Made by a program: the position numbers and the translations under genes. 57,647 bases of DNA, from the IMG/VR virus record IMGVR_UViG_3300042514_000067, positions 1-57,647 of that record; one strand, given 5' to 3'. This DNA is from a virus (Duplodnaviria > Caudoviricetes). The notes below the pieces were generated by a model. The model was not told where the DNA came from. It did no database searches and saw only the letters and a list, made by a program, of their open reading frames with translations. Position 1 is the stretch's first letter; every line of letters begins with the position of its first letter. This document shows positions 36,938 through 46,931 of the stretch, piece by piece.

Positions 36938-38461
36938 TTAAGGTGTGCCGTTGCCGGTGATGTCGCTGATAGTTGTAAATACACCAGCACTTGTCATGCT
37001 TGCAATTGTAGTTGCGCCGTATTTAAAAACAAGTTTACCGCCGACCTCAGAGATGCTGAAGTTTGTTGTTTGAAGCAGGGGCGTGCTATTAGCAGTGGTC
37101 GCTGTTGTAGCCGTGGTCGCTGTTGTAGCCGTGGTCGCGGTGGTCGCTGTTGTAGCAGTAGCCGCATTACCTGTTGTGTTTTGGTTAAACGTAGGCCAAG
37201 TAAATGTGCCGGTGCTGAAATTGCCAGACTGCGGTGTACCAAGGATAGGTGTTCCCAACGTTGGCGAAGTTGCCAACACTACAGCGCCGGAGCCAGTTGA
37301 AGTCGAACCCCCCGTACCACCATTTGCTACAGCTAGTGTACCGCTTAATGTGACTGCGCCTGAAGTTGCCGTTGCGGGAGTTAACCCAGTTGTGCCAGCA
37401 CTGAAAGAAACTACGCCAGAAGCAATAGCGCCAATCTGGTTCTGGACAAACGCTGTGGTTGCAATCTGAGTTGTGTTTGTGCCTGTAGTAGCAGTGGGCG
37501 CAAGTGGTGTACCGCTAAGCGTAGGGCTTGCAGAAAGAACCACGCTTCCTGTGCCGGTTGACGTTGTAGTTCCAGTACCACCACTACCGACCACTAACGT
37601 TGCAGACAATCCCGCAGCAGTGCCCGTTGTGTTTTGGTTAAACGTCGGCCAAGTAAATGTGCCTGAACTGAAATTACCAGAAGCAGGGGTGCCAAGAACA
37701 GGGGTTACGAGTACAGGACTTGTAAGTGTTGGTGCAGTTGACAACACCACATTGCCTGTACCCGTGGAAGTAGTCACGCCCGTACCGCCGTTGGCCACTG
37801 GAAGAGTGCCGGTTACGTTGGTTGTCAGGTTGGCAAAAGTTGTAGATGTTGTGCCTGTACCGCCGTTGGCAATCGGCAATGTGCCCGTGACTTGAGATGT
37901 CAGGTTTACGTTGGCTAACGTGCCGCCAAGGGTCAAACTGCCTGTGCTTGTGACTGTGCCTGTAAGGGTTATCCCGTTGACTGTGCCTGTACCGCTGACG
38001 CTTGTAACGCCGTCGGCTACGCTTGAAGCCACTTTAACAAAGTCTGTGCCGTTGAAATACACAACACACTTCTCGCCTACAGCTACGGAGATACCCGTCT
38101 GGCCATAAGCTTTGAAAGTTACCACACCGCCAGTAGCGGCATTGTCCACCACGTAGATTTTACTTACAGCGGGGGAACTAACCGTACCGACTGTGATGAT
38201 CTTGGTTGTGGTCAGCGTACCTGCCACCTTGATGATGGCGTACTGCCCAGAGTTTGCTGTGATGTTTGAAACTGTGTCATCACCGGCAGTGTTATCAAGC
38301 GTGACTGCGCCGTCACCCGTAAAAGTGGACGTACCTGCGATTGCAATGTCCAAGTAGTTGGTCAGCGCGTTGTTAACCAGATCGCCCCATGAGCCATCAA
38401 AGTAGCCTTCAACTGGAAGGGGAAGATCCAGTAGGGCTGTGTTGCTAAGTCCGGCGGGCAT
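36938..38461 (-). CDS. Tail fibre protein with internal repeats
   Basis: Repeated L.VANGGTG, STGTG.VVL, NFS.GTFTWPTFNQNTTG x2, (ATT)n. Confidence 0.8.
   Translation of the reverse strand: MPAGLSNTALLDLPLPVEGYFDGSWGDLVNNALTNYLDIAIAGTSTFTGDGAVTLDNTAGDDTVSNITANSGQYAIIKVAGTLTTTKIITVGTVSSPAVSKIYVVDNAATGGVVTFKAYGQTGISVAVGEKCVVYFNGTDFVKVASSVADGVTSVSGTGTVNGITLTGTVTSTGSLTLGGTLANVNLTSQVTGTLPIANGGTGTTSTTFANLTTNVTGTLPVANGGTGVTTSTGTGNVVLSTAPTLTSPVLVTPVLGTPASGNFSSGTFTWPTFNQNTTGTAAGLSATLVVGSGGTGTTTSTGTGSVVLSASPTLSGTPLAPTATTGTNTTQIATTAFVQNQIGAIASGVVSFSAGTTGLTPATATSGAVTLSGTLAVANGGTGGSTSTGSGAVVLATSPTLGTPILGTPQSGNFSTGTFTWPTFNQNTTGNAATATTATTATTATTATTATTATTANSTPLLQTTNFSISEVGGKLVFKYGATTIASMTSAGVFTTISDITGNGTP
37090..37165 (-). 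repeat. (Ala-Thr-Thr)n coding tandem repeat
   Basis: GTGGTCGCTGTTGTAGCC-type 9/18-bp units on + strand. Confidence 0.85.
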
Positions 38462-38479
38462 AGGGAATCCTTTAAGCTT

Positions 38480-38674
38480 TTATTTTGCTAATTCAGCGGC
38501 GCTTGGTGGGGGTGGGCGAATACCGTTTTGTTGAGCGGCTTGGAAGTCTTGTCCCATCTTGCTCAGTCGCATAAACAGATCAATGCACTCACCCAATTGT
38601 CCGGAAGACAACTGTTTCATGATGATGTTGAAATCTTGTACGGTTACTTCGCCAATGTTGATTTTGTCGTTCAT
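38480..38674 (-). CDS. hypothetical (fibre chaperone-like) protein
   Basis: small ORF between fibre genes with RBS. Confidence 0.65.
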   Translation of the reverse strand: MNDKINIGEVTVQDFNIIMKQLSSGQLGECIDLFMRLSKMGQDFQAAQQNGIRPPPPSAAELAK

Positions 38675-38685
38675 GCAGGTTCCTA

Positions 38686-39039
38686 TTAAGGTGTTGGTGG
38701 AGTTGGTGTGGGTTCAGCCCAAGGTAAATCAGGCTGAGTCACGGGGTCAATTTTAAGAGCAATTTGCTCTGCAATCACGCCATTTACGTGTTCTTCGTAG
38801 CTGCCTGTAACAAAAGGCTGAATCCAACCAATCACAATTTCTTGCGTCAGTTGGTCATAAGGGATGAAGTTTGGCTGCGCTGGATCGGGATCCAAGGGCG
38901 TAGCACCGCTGAATGTGCCGGTGTTGCCGTTCTCGTCCGTGCCAATTTTATTCCAATAGGTCTGAACAACGTAGTCGGACTCAGTGCCGACTGTGGTTAC
39001 TTTCATGCCGGTGACGGCCCATGTGTATGTGATTGCCAT
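38686..39039 (-). CDS. fibre-associated protein
   Basis: TYTW.V..., FIPYDQLT.E.VIGW, LPW; family commonly follows S74 fibres. Confidence 0.75.
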   Translation of the reverse strand: MAITYTWAVTGMKVTTVGTESDYVVQTYWNKIGTDENGNTGTFSGATPLDPDPAQPNFIPYDQLTQEIVIGWIQPFVTGSYEEHVNGVIAEQIALKIDPVTQPDLPWAEPTPTPPTP

Positions 39040-39041
39040 TT

Positions 39042-42000
39042 TTAGATCCTTGCTTCAAGAGATTTAACACGAGTTGATAATTCGGCCACTGCCGCAAAAG
39101 CCAGCGCACTGAGCTTTTCGTAGTCTACCGCGAGAGAGCCGTCTGGTCTAGTGCGAACTGCAACTGGGAACACTGCTTGGACGTCTTGGGCAATTACGCC
39201 AAAGTCTTCTTTTTGGACGAAGTAACCGTCTTCACCGCCGTGTTCTTCAATGTATTCGTCGTTCCAATCAAACAACTTGCCACCAATGCTTTCAACGGTT
39301 TCTATGGCATTGGGAATCGTGCGCACGTTTGTCTTAAACTTGATGTCTGAAGAATAATAAGCCGTGACGTTAGCCGTTGCGCGAATTTCACCTGTTGTAC
39401 CGGAACCTGCTGTACCCACGCCAAGCGTTACGATCTGCACATTGTTTAAGTTTGAAGTACTGGCAGGATCTAAGTAGTAAGCGGTGTTGTCGTAGTCGTA
39501 GAAAAGCGATGCGCGGAACGAACCTGTTGCGTAACCAACACCGGCATCGGAATCTAAGAAAATACGTGCTACGCCATTGGAAGCAACGTAAAAACCCCAA
39601 TTACCAATTATGCCAATACCCGATATGTTTCCAACTGTGTAGCCAACACCGTACATGTTACCAAGCGATGTAGTGCCGGGAACATATGAGCCGCCAATAC
39701 TGTAAATAGCGCCTGATGTACTACCGTTTTCGTAAGTTGGATACTGCCCGTTTAAATAACCTTTGCTAGCAGCCTGACGATAGTATGGCCCTGCAGTTTC
39801 AACATACGAAGAAGCAATTACGGAAGTTGCGCTAACCGTGCCGCCTGACTGATTGGTGGCTGTTGTGGCTGTTGCAGCGTTGCCTGTACAAGAAGCGGAA
39901 GAGCCTGTTACGTTACCGCCGGATGTAATGTTTGTACCAGCAACAGTACTTGCCATTGTCAAAGCACCGGCCATTGTTATCTGCAAAAGGTTTGCAGGGG
40001 CAGACCAACCGCCAAGACGGAATATGTTATCCGAATCAAGGCCCATGTTGATGGCGTAGTAGCCGCCACGGTGGAAGGCCATGATTGCACCGCTAGCATT
40101 GTTTGAGTAAGCCTGTAATGGTGGGTTAGATCCTGAAGTGTTTTGGTTAGAATAAAAATAGTTACTTGCATAATAATTACTGCTTCCGTTAACAGTAATA
40201 GTGTTTAAATTTGACGTGCTTGCAGGGTCTACGTAGTAGCCGGTATTGCTATAGTCGTAGAAAAGCGTGCCGCGCACATCCGAGGGGGTTCTTAAACTAC
40301 CGCCGCCCCAAGCACCTTGAAACCCACCGTTCTCAAGCATGAGTATGCCGTGGGAAGCAAGGTTTGCCGCAGCGCCGCCAGCATTTGGGTGTGACCAAGC
40401 AATACCGTACAAGTTACCTGTGGTCGTTCCGTTGGCGGGGAGAATATAGGCTTCCCCCATTGAAAACACGGCTTGGTATTTAGTTGAATCGTAAAGGCCA
40501 ACTTGTCCAATGCCATAGTTCCTAGAAACCATGTTGGAGTTGTAGTAGACCTTGTTTAACTCTGATGTGCTTGCAGGGTCTAAGTAGTAAGCGGTGTTGT
40601 CGCTGTCGTAGAAGATGGGGGCACGCCAATCGGACGTTGCGTAACCTGTCCCCGCCAAGTGAATGTTGTACGCGGGATTTGTGACGTTGTTAAACCCTGC
40701 GTTAGCCCCCAAAAAAGTTAGTCCGTGGATACCTGCGAGGTTGTTGTATGCGGCATAAAAATGGCCGTCTCCCACGCCCATTGAATAATACGCAGGGGTT
40801 CCTGCAGTGCCTTGTATATTCAATACACCGTAGTTGGCGCCCTGAATACCTATTTGTTTGGTGGTAGACGCAGTGCCAAAAGCAGTATTTACGGGGGACA
40901 AAGATCCAACACCGACACTACCCGCAAGAATTGCTGAAGTAGTTGAATTGGGGTCTAAGTAGTATGTGGTGTCGTTGCTGTCGTAGAAGATGGGGGCGCG
41001 GTAGTCACCGCTGGTTGTGTACGTTCCTGTGCCGCTTGCTTTGTTTGTCAGGTTGGCAAAATCAACTGATCCCGCTGAGCCGCTTGTGCTGTCTGAAATA
41101 CGTGCAGAGTCAACACGAACACCATAAGTGTTAGCTCCGTTCCATCCCATCAATGTGGGATATGTGGAAGACCAAGCCGCCGCTGAATTAGTGTTATTTA
41201 CTGCACCGCCACTTGGGGATGTGCCTGCGGAAGCATCAAAAATAACGTGGGAGTTACCGTAGTTTTTCCACGCCAGCATACCAACGACATTGTTGATAAC
41301 CCCTGTACCAACCCAATTGGATTGACCGCTTGACAGCGCAGTTGCTGTCGCCGCGTTACCCGAAGTAGATCCTGAAGACCCCGTAATGTTAATACCCCAA
41401 GTACCCGAAGCGCCTGTACCTGTCAGTGTGGGGGCGTAGCTGTTGTAGTTTGCAGCGGTGAGGACTTGACTGCCACCTTGTTGCAACGCTCCGGTAACAT
41501 TGGCAACAGACCCAGATAGTTGAAGCGCAGCACTTCCGCCGTTCAAGTTAAGCGTGCTTGAGGTACTAATATTTAGTATGCCATAGGTATTAGTGTTACG
41601 GTCGTAAGGAATAATGTACCCTTGACCGCCTGACACGCCAACTTCAACAGCAAATCCTGTTGCGGCGTTTCCTGAATACCAGCCCGTAAACCTACCTTGC
41701 CCGGTGGTGCTGATGTCATCAGAGAATGCGCGTTGAGAAGTGGTAGTTGAATTAGTGGCCGAAGTTGCGTTACCACTCAGAGTCGCAGTAATCGTACCGG
41801 CAGAGAAGTTACCAGAAGCATCCCGTGCCACTACTTTGGAAGCTGTGTTTGCAGATGTGGCGTCCACTGTCCACGTCTGTGCAGCCGAGCCGTTGTATGC
41901 TGTGCCGGTCAGGTATGTGCCTGCCGTTAAGCTATTCAAGTTAGAGCCAAGCGGTACGCCAGAGATTGTTCCAGCAGACCATGTAAACGCAGAGCCGTTG

Positions 42001-43373
42001 AAGCTCAGAACCGTATTTGTGCCAGAGGCTGCAGTGATGAACGCTGTTGCGCCTGAACCTGTTTGGTAGGGAATCTGATTGGCTGCGCCGCCTGCAAGGT
42101 TTGTTGCAGATGTTGTGTTACCAGAGAAAGTCGCTGTAATTGTCCCAGCCGAGAAGTTACCAGACGCATCACGAGCAACAACCTTAGAAGCCGTGTTAGC
42201 AGAGGTCGCATCCACTGTGGCCGTCACAGCCCCAGAGCCGTTGTATGTACCGCCCGTCAAATATGTACCGAGCGTCAATGCGTTAGCGACCGAGCCAGCA
42301 GAGCCAGAAATGTTGCCCGACACCGCAGAGCCGTTAATTGCAATCGCTGTATTGGTTACAGATGTGACCTGACCTTGCGCGTTGGTGACGAACACCGGCA
42401 CAAAAGAAGATGAGCCGTATGTGCCCGCAGTGCCGGTGTTGGCAATGTTAAATGTGTATGTTGGAGACTCGCTCAGTCCTGTGCCAGCCGTATAGGTGAT
42501 GGGCGCAGAGAACTGCTGAAACACAAGTGCGGTTGTGCCAATCGTTATGGGGGGAGGAGTCTGCTGTACCCAAGCGGTATTGACGTTGGCCGTGCCGCTA
42601 GTCACCAAGAAGAAGTCGCCTTCGTCGATCTCGTTAACGCCGGTTCCAACGGAATCAAAGTCTGTGGCGCGGGTCAAGATGTAGGGTGTTCCAGCGGAGC
42701 CAACTTGCGTCACGGTGTACACACCGTTATTTGCACCGGCTGCTTCGTTCTTGACTAAGATTCTTTCTGAAACAACAGTAAGCGTTGAATCCACAGACAG
42801 AGCGCCGTTGGCGTTTCCTGTAAGCGTTGCCCCTACCCCAGAAGTTCCGTTGTTGTATGTGTTGGCTGGCAGTGCTGCGGTAGTCGCCAAGTTCACCGCT
42901 TCGTGGAAGTGGATGCCAGATGCAATCGCGTCAGCGTACTGTTTGTTAACAATGTCTGTGTTGTTAACAGGAGCCGTGGTAATTGTGCCTGTAGTCAGTG
43001 CAGCAGAGGTAGCTGTAATCGCGCCAAAAGACTGTTGAACTACTTGCGTTCCTGCTTCGTTTTGATACGCCGACCGTGAGGATGGGTATGTAACAAACAC
43101 ATCTACTGCGCCAGTGAAATTGACTAGTGCTCCACCAGCCGAAGAAGACAACGGCGTAGCGTTACGAGTCAGCGTTGTACCGGAAGACGTGTAAGTGCCA
43201 TAGTTAACTTCCCAATCACCCGAGACTGGGTCAACAATTGCAAAGTAAGTTGTGTTGGCGTTGCCAACCGAAGCAAAAGATTGAAAACCTGTAGCTGTAG
43301 CACCCAACGTAATGGTGCCAGTGCCCGGTGCGGCAGCCGCTTGTTTGACCCGGTCTTTTAGTACTAAAGCCAT
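39042..43373 (-). CDS. Long tail fibre with C-terminal intramolecular chaperone (peptidase S74)
   Basis: N-terminal LVLKDRVK...GTG anchor; YSSDIKFKTNV...FDW...GVIAQDVQ.VFP.AV...VDYEKL + coiled coil. Confidence 0.9.
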   Translation of the reverse strand: MALVLKDRVKQAAAAPGTGTITLGATATGFQSFASVGNANTTYFAIVDPVSGDWEVNYGTYTSSGTTLTRNATPLSSSAGGALVNFTGAVDVFVTYPSSRSAYQNEAGTQVVQQSFGAITATSAALTTGTITTAPVNNTDIVNKQYADAIASGIHFHEAVNLATTAALPANTYNNGTSGVGATLTGNANGALSVDSTLTVVSERILVKNEAAGANNGVYTVTQVGSAGTPYILTRATDFDSVGTGVNEIDEGDFFLVTSGTANVNTAWVQQTPPPITIGTTALVFQQFSAPITYTAGTGLSESPTYTFNIANTGTAGTYGSSSFVPVFVTNAQGQVTSVTNTAIAINGSAVSGNISGSAGSVANALTLGTYLTGGTYNGSGAVTATVDATSANTASKVVARDASGNFSAGTITATFSGNTTSATNLAGGAANQIPYQTGSGATAFITAASGTNTVLSFNGSAFTWSAGTISGVPLGSNLNSLTAGTYLTGTAYNGSAAQTWTVDATSANTASKVVARDASGNFSAGTITATLSGNATSATNSTTTSQRAFSDDISTTGQGRFTGWYSGNAATGFAVEVGVSGGQGYIIPYDRNTNTYGILNISTSSTLNLNGGSAALQLSGSVANVTGALQQGGSQVLTAANYNSYAPTLTGTGASGTWGINITGSSGSTSGNAATATALSSGQSNWVGTGVINNVVGMLAWKNYGNSHVIFDASAGTSPSGGAVNNTNSAAAWSSTYPTLMGWNGANTYGVRVDSARISDSTSGSAGSVDFANLTNKASGTGTYTTSGDYRAPIFYDSNDTTYYLDPNSTTSAILAGSVGVGSLSPVNTAFGTASTTKQIGIQGANYGVLNIQGTAGTPAYYSMGVGDGHFYAAYNNLAGIHGLTFLGANAGFNNVTNPAYNIHLAGTGYATSDWRAPIFYDSDNTAYYLDPASTSELNKVYYNSNMVSRNYGIGQVGLYDSTKYQAVFSMGEAYILPANGTTTGNLYGIAWSHPNAGGAAANLASHGILMLENGGFQGAWGGGSLRTPSDVRGTLFYDYSNTGYYVDPASTSNLNTITVNGSSNYYASNYFYSNQNTSGSNPPLQAYSNNASGAIMAFHRGGYYAINMGLDSDNIFRLGGWSAPANLLQITMAGALTMASTVAGTNITSGGNVTGSSASCTGNAATATTATNQSGGTVSATSVIASSYVETAGPYYRQAASKGYLNGQYPTYENGSTSGAIYSIGGSYVPGTTSLGNMYGVGYTVGNISGIGIIGNWGFYVASNGVARIFLDSDAGVGYATGSFRASLFYDYDNTAYYLDPASTSNLNNVQIVTLGVGTAGSGTTGEIRATANVTAYYSSDIKFKTNVRTIPNAIETVESIGGKLFDWNDEYIEEHGGEDGYFVQKEDFGVIAQDVQAVFPVAVRTRPDGSLAVDYEKLSALAFAAVAELSTRVKSLEARI

Positions 43374-43382
43374 TTTTTATCC

Positions 43383-44336
43383 TTACGATGGTAGGTCATT
43401 CCACCCGGGGGTAGAGGGGTTGGAAATCAACACCCAACCTGCGCTTTGCGCACTATTGATATTTTGCCAGTTTGCGTTCTGGCTGTCATCTATTACAGCC
43501 CAAACAAGTACGTCGCCAATAGAAACAATCAACTGAATCCCGTCTGGGCGAGCGTTTACGGTTTTTAAGACAGTGAGGTTATCAACAGCGGTGGCGAACT
43601 CAGCAATACTACCAAGGAATTGAACCTGAACCGTCTGTGAATTAGATGCAGTTGCACCTTCGGCAACCGCCACAAAGTACCCAGCACTTGTCGTTATCCT
43701 ATCCAATGCAGTGGCGGACTCGTTCAACGCGGCAAAGAATGCCGCTTGTGCGGCTTGAGTGTTAGATGCCCTAGCTGATTCAGAAAGAGCCGCCAACACA
43801 TCCGACCTAGCTGTGACTATCGCAGATGCCGTAGCCTGTTCTGTAATAGCCGCTAAAAATGCGCCAACTGCTGTTTGAGAAGCTGTAGCCGTACAAGTCT
43901 CCGCCACTGCCGCAAAAAATCCAGCGGCGCTAGCGTACGAATCCGCGCCCGAGGCCAACTCACTGATTGCGCCTTGCAAAGCACCGACCGCAGTAACCGT
44001 ATCAGAAGCTGAGGCACTGGCAGTAATTGCCGCTAGGAATGCGCCTGCCGCTGTCTGACTATCTGACGCCGTAGCCGTTTCTGCTTGGGTTGCGAGCATT
44101 GCGCCAGATGCGCTTTGCGTAGCTGATGTCTGAGATGTCTCTGCCTGCGTAGCAGTCATGTTGCCCAAAACAGAGAAGGTATTAGCAACGGTGGAACTCT
44201 CGTTTATAAGCCCACCATAATTGGTAAGGGCGTCGACTACTGCCGATGCGGAAGCCGCCTCTGATAAAGAGACAAAAACGGCATTGCCGCCTAAAGCGGC
44301 AAAGGGTGTCTGAGCAAAAGCAACATCTCCAAACAC
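43383..44336 (-). CDS. Ala/Ser/Thr-rich virion protein
   Basis: MFG..FAQTPFA start, periodic E.A.AS repeats, Trp-spaced C-terminus. Confidence 0.75.
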   Translation of the reverse strand: MFGDVAFAQTPFAALGGNAVFVSLSEAASASAVVDALTNYGGLINESSTVANTFSVLGNMTATQAETSQTSATQSASGAMLATQAETATASDSQTAAGAFLAAITASASASDTVTAVGALQGAISELASGADSYASAAGFFAAVAETCTATASQTAVGAFLAAITEQATASAIVTARSDVLAALSESARASNTQAAQAAFFAALNESATALDRITTSAGYFVAVAEGATASNSQTVQVQFLGSIAEFATAVDNLTVLKTVNARPDGIQLIVSIGDVLVWAVIDDSQNANWQNINSAQSAGWVLISNPSTPGWNDLPS

Positions 44337-44348
44337 CGCATTACCTGA

Positions 44349-44936
44349 TTAAACAGCGTCGAGAGAGAATTCGTATGTAACAGTTAATGTATCGCCACTG
44401 TCCACAGTCTTGTTACCGCCGGTAAAGTTCCCTACAGAGAACAAAATGCCAGATGTGCCAGAAGATACAGAGCACAAAAACGCACCTGCAATATTCTGAG
44501 CATTTGCGTTCATTGTGAATACGGCGGGTGTTCCGCCGGTGGCTACAGCGTTGTTAATGACCGAAGGGTCTGCCGTAGTTGCTGTGCCAAACGTAGCCGC
44601 CTTGCGGTTGCCTGTGTAAGCTGTGTTTTCTGTCCAGCCTGCATGAGAAGCAAGTGTATTAGCAGGGAGATAAGTGTTACCAGAACCGGGGCCAGTCACC
44701 AGACCCAAGTACCAAGCAGCCGTGTAACCGGAGCCGCTGAAATACTTAGAGTTCATGTCTTGCAAGCCTTGGTTGACAACCAAGTTATGGAAGCTGTCAG
44801 ACCACTTCATATTGCCACTTGCATCGTGGCAAACAACTGTGTAAACACCGCCAGCACCAACGCCTTCAGCGCTACGGGGGCGAACTGCTATGCCAGCAGA
44901 CACGGTGTCTTGGGCGGTGCTTTTTTCTGTATGCAT
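44349..44936 (-). CDS. virion structural protein
   Basis: NLVVNQG...WYLGL...GDTLTVTY. Confidence 0.75.
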   Translation of the reverse strand: MHTEKSTAQDTVSAGIAVRPRSAEGVGAGGVYTVVCHDASGNMKWSDSFHNLVVNQGLQDMNSKYFSGSGYTAAWYLGLVTGPGSGNTYLPANTLASHAGWTENTAYTGNRKAATFGTATTADPSVINNAVATGGTPAVFTMNANAQNIAGAFLCSVSSGTSGILFSVGNFTGGNKTVDSGDTLTVTYEFSLDAV

Positions 44937-44945
44937 GATTAATCC

Positions 44946-45404
44946 TTAAGAGATGCGCACAATGGCGCTGTTGGCATCGGGGGTTGGGAAGATGATTTGG
45001 AAAGTATCGTTGTTTACTGTCTTGTCTGAACCAAAGTCCAGCACAGCAACAGACGGGTCACCTGCAACAGAGTCGTTGTAAATCAATGCACCACGCGCTG
45101 TAAATGTGGCGTTTGTCCAACTTGTATTACTGAACGAAATAAACGCTGTAGGAACACTACTAGAATTGTTGCCAGAAGTTGGTGATATTGAAATTACCAG
45201 TGTGTTTCCACCGGTTGTGTAACCGCCGCCACTAGCCACTTCACCCGTCATTCCTACTGTGTATGCAGTAGTAGTTGCACTGAGATTTGCTGCGGCTGTA
45301 AACAGCGCCACTTTAAAAGTGTTGGGCGATGTTGGGCCAAAGTTATGAACCGCTTGAAGCAGTTCAACTTTAAAGCTAGTGGTTGCTGTTTGCGAAATTG
45401 CCAT
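44946..45404 (-). CDS. virion structural protein
   Basis: SFKVELL..HNF..FKVALF...GYTTGG...TARGALIYN...VLDFGSDK. Confidence 0.8.
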   Translation of the reverse strand: MAISQTATTSFKVELLQAVHNFGPTSPNTFKVALFTAAANLSATTTAYTVGMTGEVASGGGYTTGGNTLVISISPTSGNNSSSVPTAFISFSNTSWTNATFTARGALIYNDSVAGDPSVAVLDFGSDKTVNNDTFQIIFPTPDANSAIVRIS

Positions 45405-45405
45405 A

Positions 45406-46062
45406 TCAAGTCACCTTTTGTCGGAACTGTCCAGAACGATACGCGTCTTGACGCTCCATACCATCGGCCAAACGTTTTGCTAGAGCAACGGCTTCTTGAT
45501 ATTTGCCGTTATACAACGCCATCATATCTTGCTCGCCCTTCATGTAGGTATAAGCTTCAACCAATGAGCCGTACAACAGTACAGAGTCAAAGTTATCGCC
45601 AAGCCATGTAGTACTTGCAGTCACAATAGACGGTGGGTAGTAGTAATAGTGAAGCTCCACAACGTATGTAGCATCTGGTGTTGGGCCAACAATAAACGTT
45701 AACTCGTTAACGTCATTACTCTGGGGGCCAAACAGTGCATAGTATCGTGGTAAGCCTGTGTCTGTAGGAACGGGATACGCTTGGCGAATAAAGTTAACGT
45801 CTTTATTTAGCAAGTACTCATACGCACCCGTACCATCCACAACTGCCATTGAGTACACAGCCAAGAAGTCGCTTGGGCAACCCAAATATTTGTTGTTAGT
45901 TGATACTGAGCCCGTCACGTTCTTACGAATGGACGGGAACTGCATAGAGTTGTAAATACGCTGCTCAGCCTGCTCAACAAACACGGGGATATTAGCCACG
46001 AAATCTGCTTCCGTGTTCTCCGTGTACGCTTGAATAGCAGCGCTGAGTTCAGCGTAATTCAT
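45406..46062 (-). CDS. Head-tail adaptor / tail tubular A-like protein
   Basis: MNY.EL...AEQRI...G.PRYY...PTPD..Y...LLYGSL.EA. Confidence 0.7.
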   Translation of the reverse strand: MNYAELSAAIQAYTENTEADFVANIPVFVEQAEQRIYNSMQFPSIRKNVTGSVSTNNKYLGCPSDFLAVYSMAVVDGTGAYEYLLNKDVNFIRQAYPVPTDTGLPRYYALFGPQSNDVNELTFIVGPTPDATYVVELHYYYYPPSIVTASTTWLGDNFDSVLLYGSLVEAYTYMKGEQDMMALYNGKYQEAVALAKRLADGMERQDAYRSGQFRQKVT

Positions 46063-46319
46063 GCCATTGGGCCTCTGGCCATCAAGCCTTTAGTCGCAGC
46101 ACCTGTACCGCGAACTTTAATGCCTGAAGTTTTAGTTTCATTCTGGCCGTTGTTGTAGTTACCAACACTCATCTTCATGGTGCTAAGGCTGCTAATGCTG
46201 GAATCCTTGCCGGGGTTAGTCGACATTACCAGAGGCTTGCCATTCATTTTGTGCGGTGCAGCATAAGTGGCGGCATCGCCAACTTCTTTACCCATTACTT
46301 TTTTACTAAATTTAGCCAT
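46059..46319 (-). CDS. small basic protein with variant C-terminal tag
   Basis: ends VRGTGAATKGLMARGPMA. Confidence 0.75.
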   Translation of the reverse strand: MAKFSKKVMGKEVGDAATYAAPHKMNGKPLVMSTNPGKDSSISSLSTMKMSVGNYNNGQNETKTSGIKVRGTGAATKGLMARGPMA

Positions 46320-46321
46320 GA

Positions 46322-46498
46322 TTATTTCCCTTGATTTGCGGCGCGGGACAGGTTACGTCCTAAGCGCATGCGGTCATCGGTTGTAGGGCCACCAGCTTTA
46401 AGCTTTGTAGGCTTCTTGCCGGGATGCATGTTTTTCTCGTGCTTACCGACAGCAGACTTAATCATCTTTTTGTCTTGAGCTAAATCTTTCTTGTCCAT
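46322..46498 (-). CDS. 58-aa basic protein (not in ORF track)
   Basis: AGGAG RBS; MDKKDLAQDKK...KLKAGGPTT...GRNLSRAANQGK. Confidence 0.7.
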   Translation of the reverse strand: MDKKDLAQDKKMIKSAVGKHEKNMHPGKKPTKLKAGGPTTDDRMRLGRNLSRAANQGK

Positions 46499-46499
46499 A

Positions 46500-46931
46500 T
46501 TAGACTCCTATTTGTATCGTTACTGTACCAATTTGTACGCCTAATGCCAAGTAGTTTGGTGTTAACACACTATCAAAATTCCTTGACCCACCAACCGGAT
46601 TCCAGCCCCACTGAATATCCCGAGAACCACCTGTTGTAAACCCAGCCGCGTTTTGATCGGTGCTATTTGAGTTTACTATCTGCAGACCGTTTGTACCAGC
46701 CGTATAGTAGGTTGTATCCCTACGCGGATTGCGTACTGCTTGCGGATCATCCACCGGGTACATACCCAATTGCAACTGCGGCTGATCTGGATCCCAGCAC
46801 TCAGGACACACAAGCAAATTATAAATCTTGGTCTTTTTAATTTCTTTACGAAGCTTTGTAAGTTTGAACTGGAATCCACAGCGATCGCACATAGCGATAC
46901 TGTTCTTACCGGAAGCAAACCTGCTGCCCAT
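46500..46931 (-). CDS. Zn-binding virion-module protein
   Basis: CDRCGF...VCPECWDPDQPQL. Confidence 0.8.
   Translation of the reverse strand: MGSRFASGKNSIAMCDRCGFQFKLTKLRKEIKKTKIYNLLVCPECWDPDQPQLQLGMYPVDDPQAVRNPRRDTTYYTAGTNGLQIVNSNSTDQNAAGFTTGGSRDIQWGWNPVGGSRNFDSVLTPNYLALGVQIGTVTIQIGV

Noticed and set aside
36340-43373. Diversity-generating retroelement or invertase shufflon acting on fibres
   Set aside because: No reverse transcriptase or recombinase; repeats are direct, in frame, and differences are not adenine-specific
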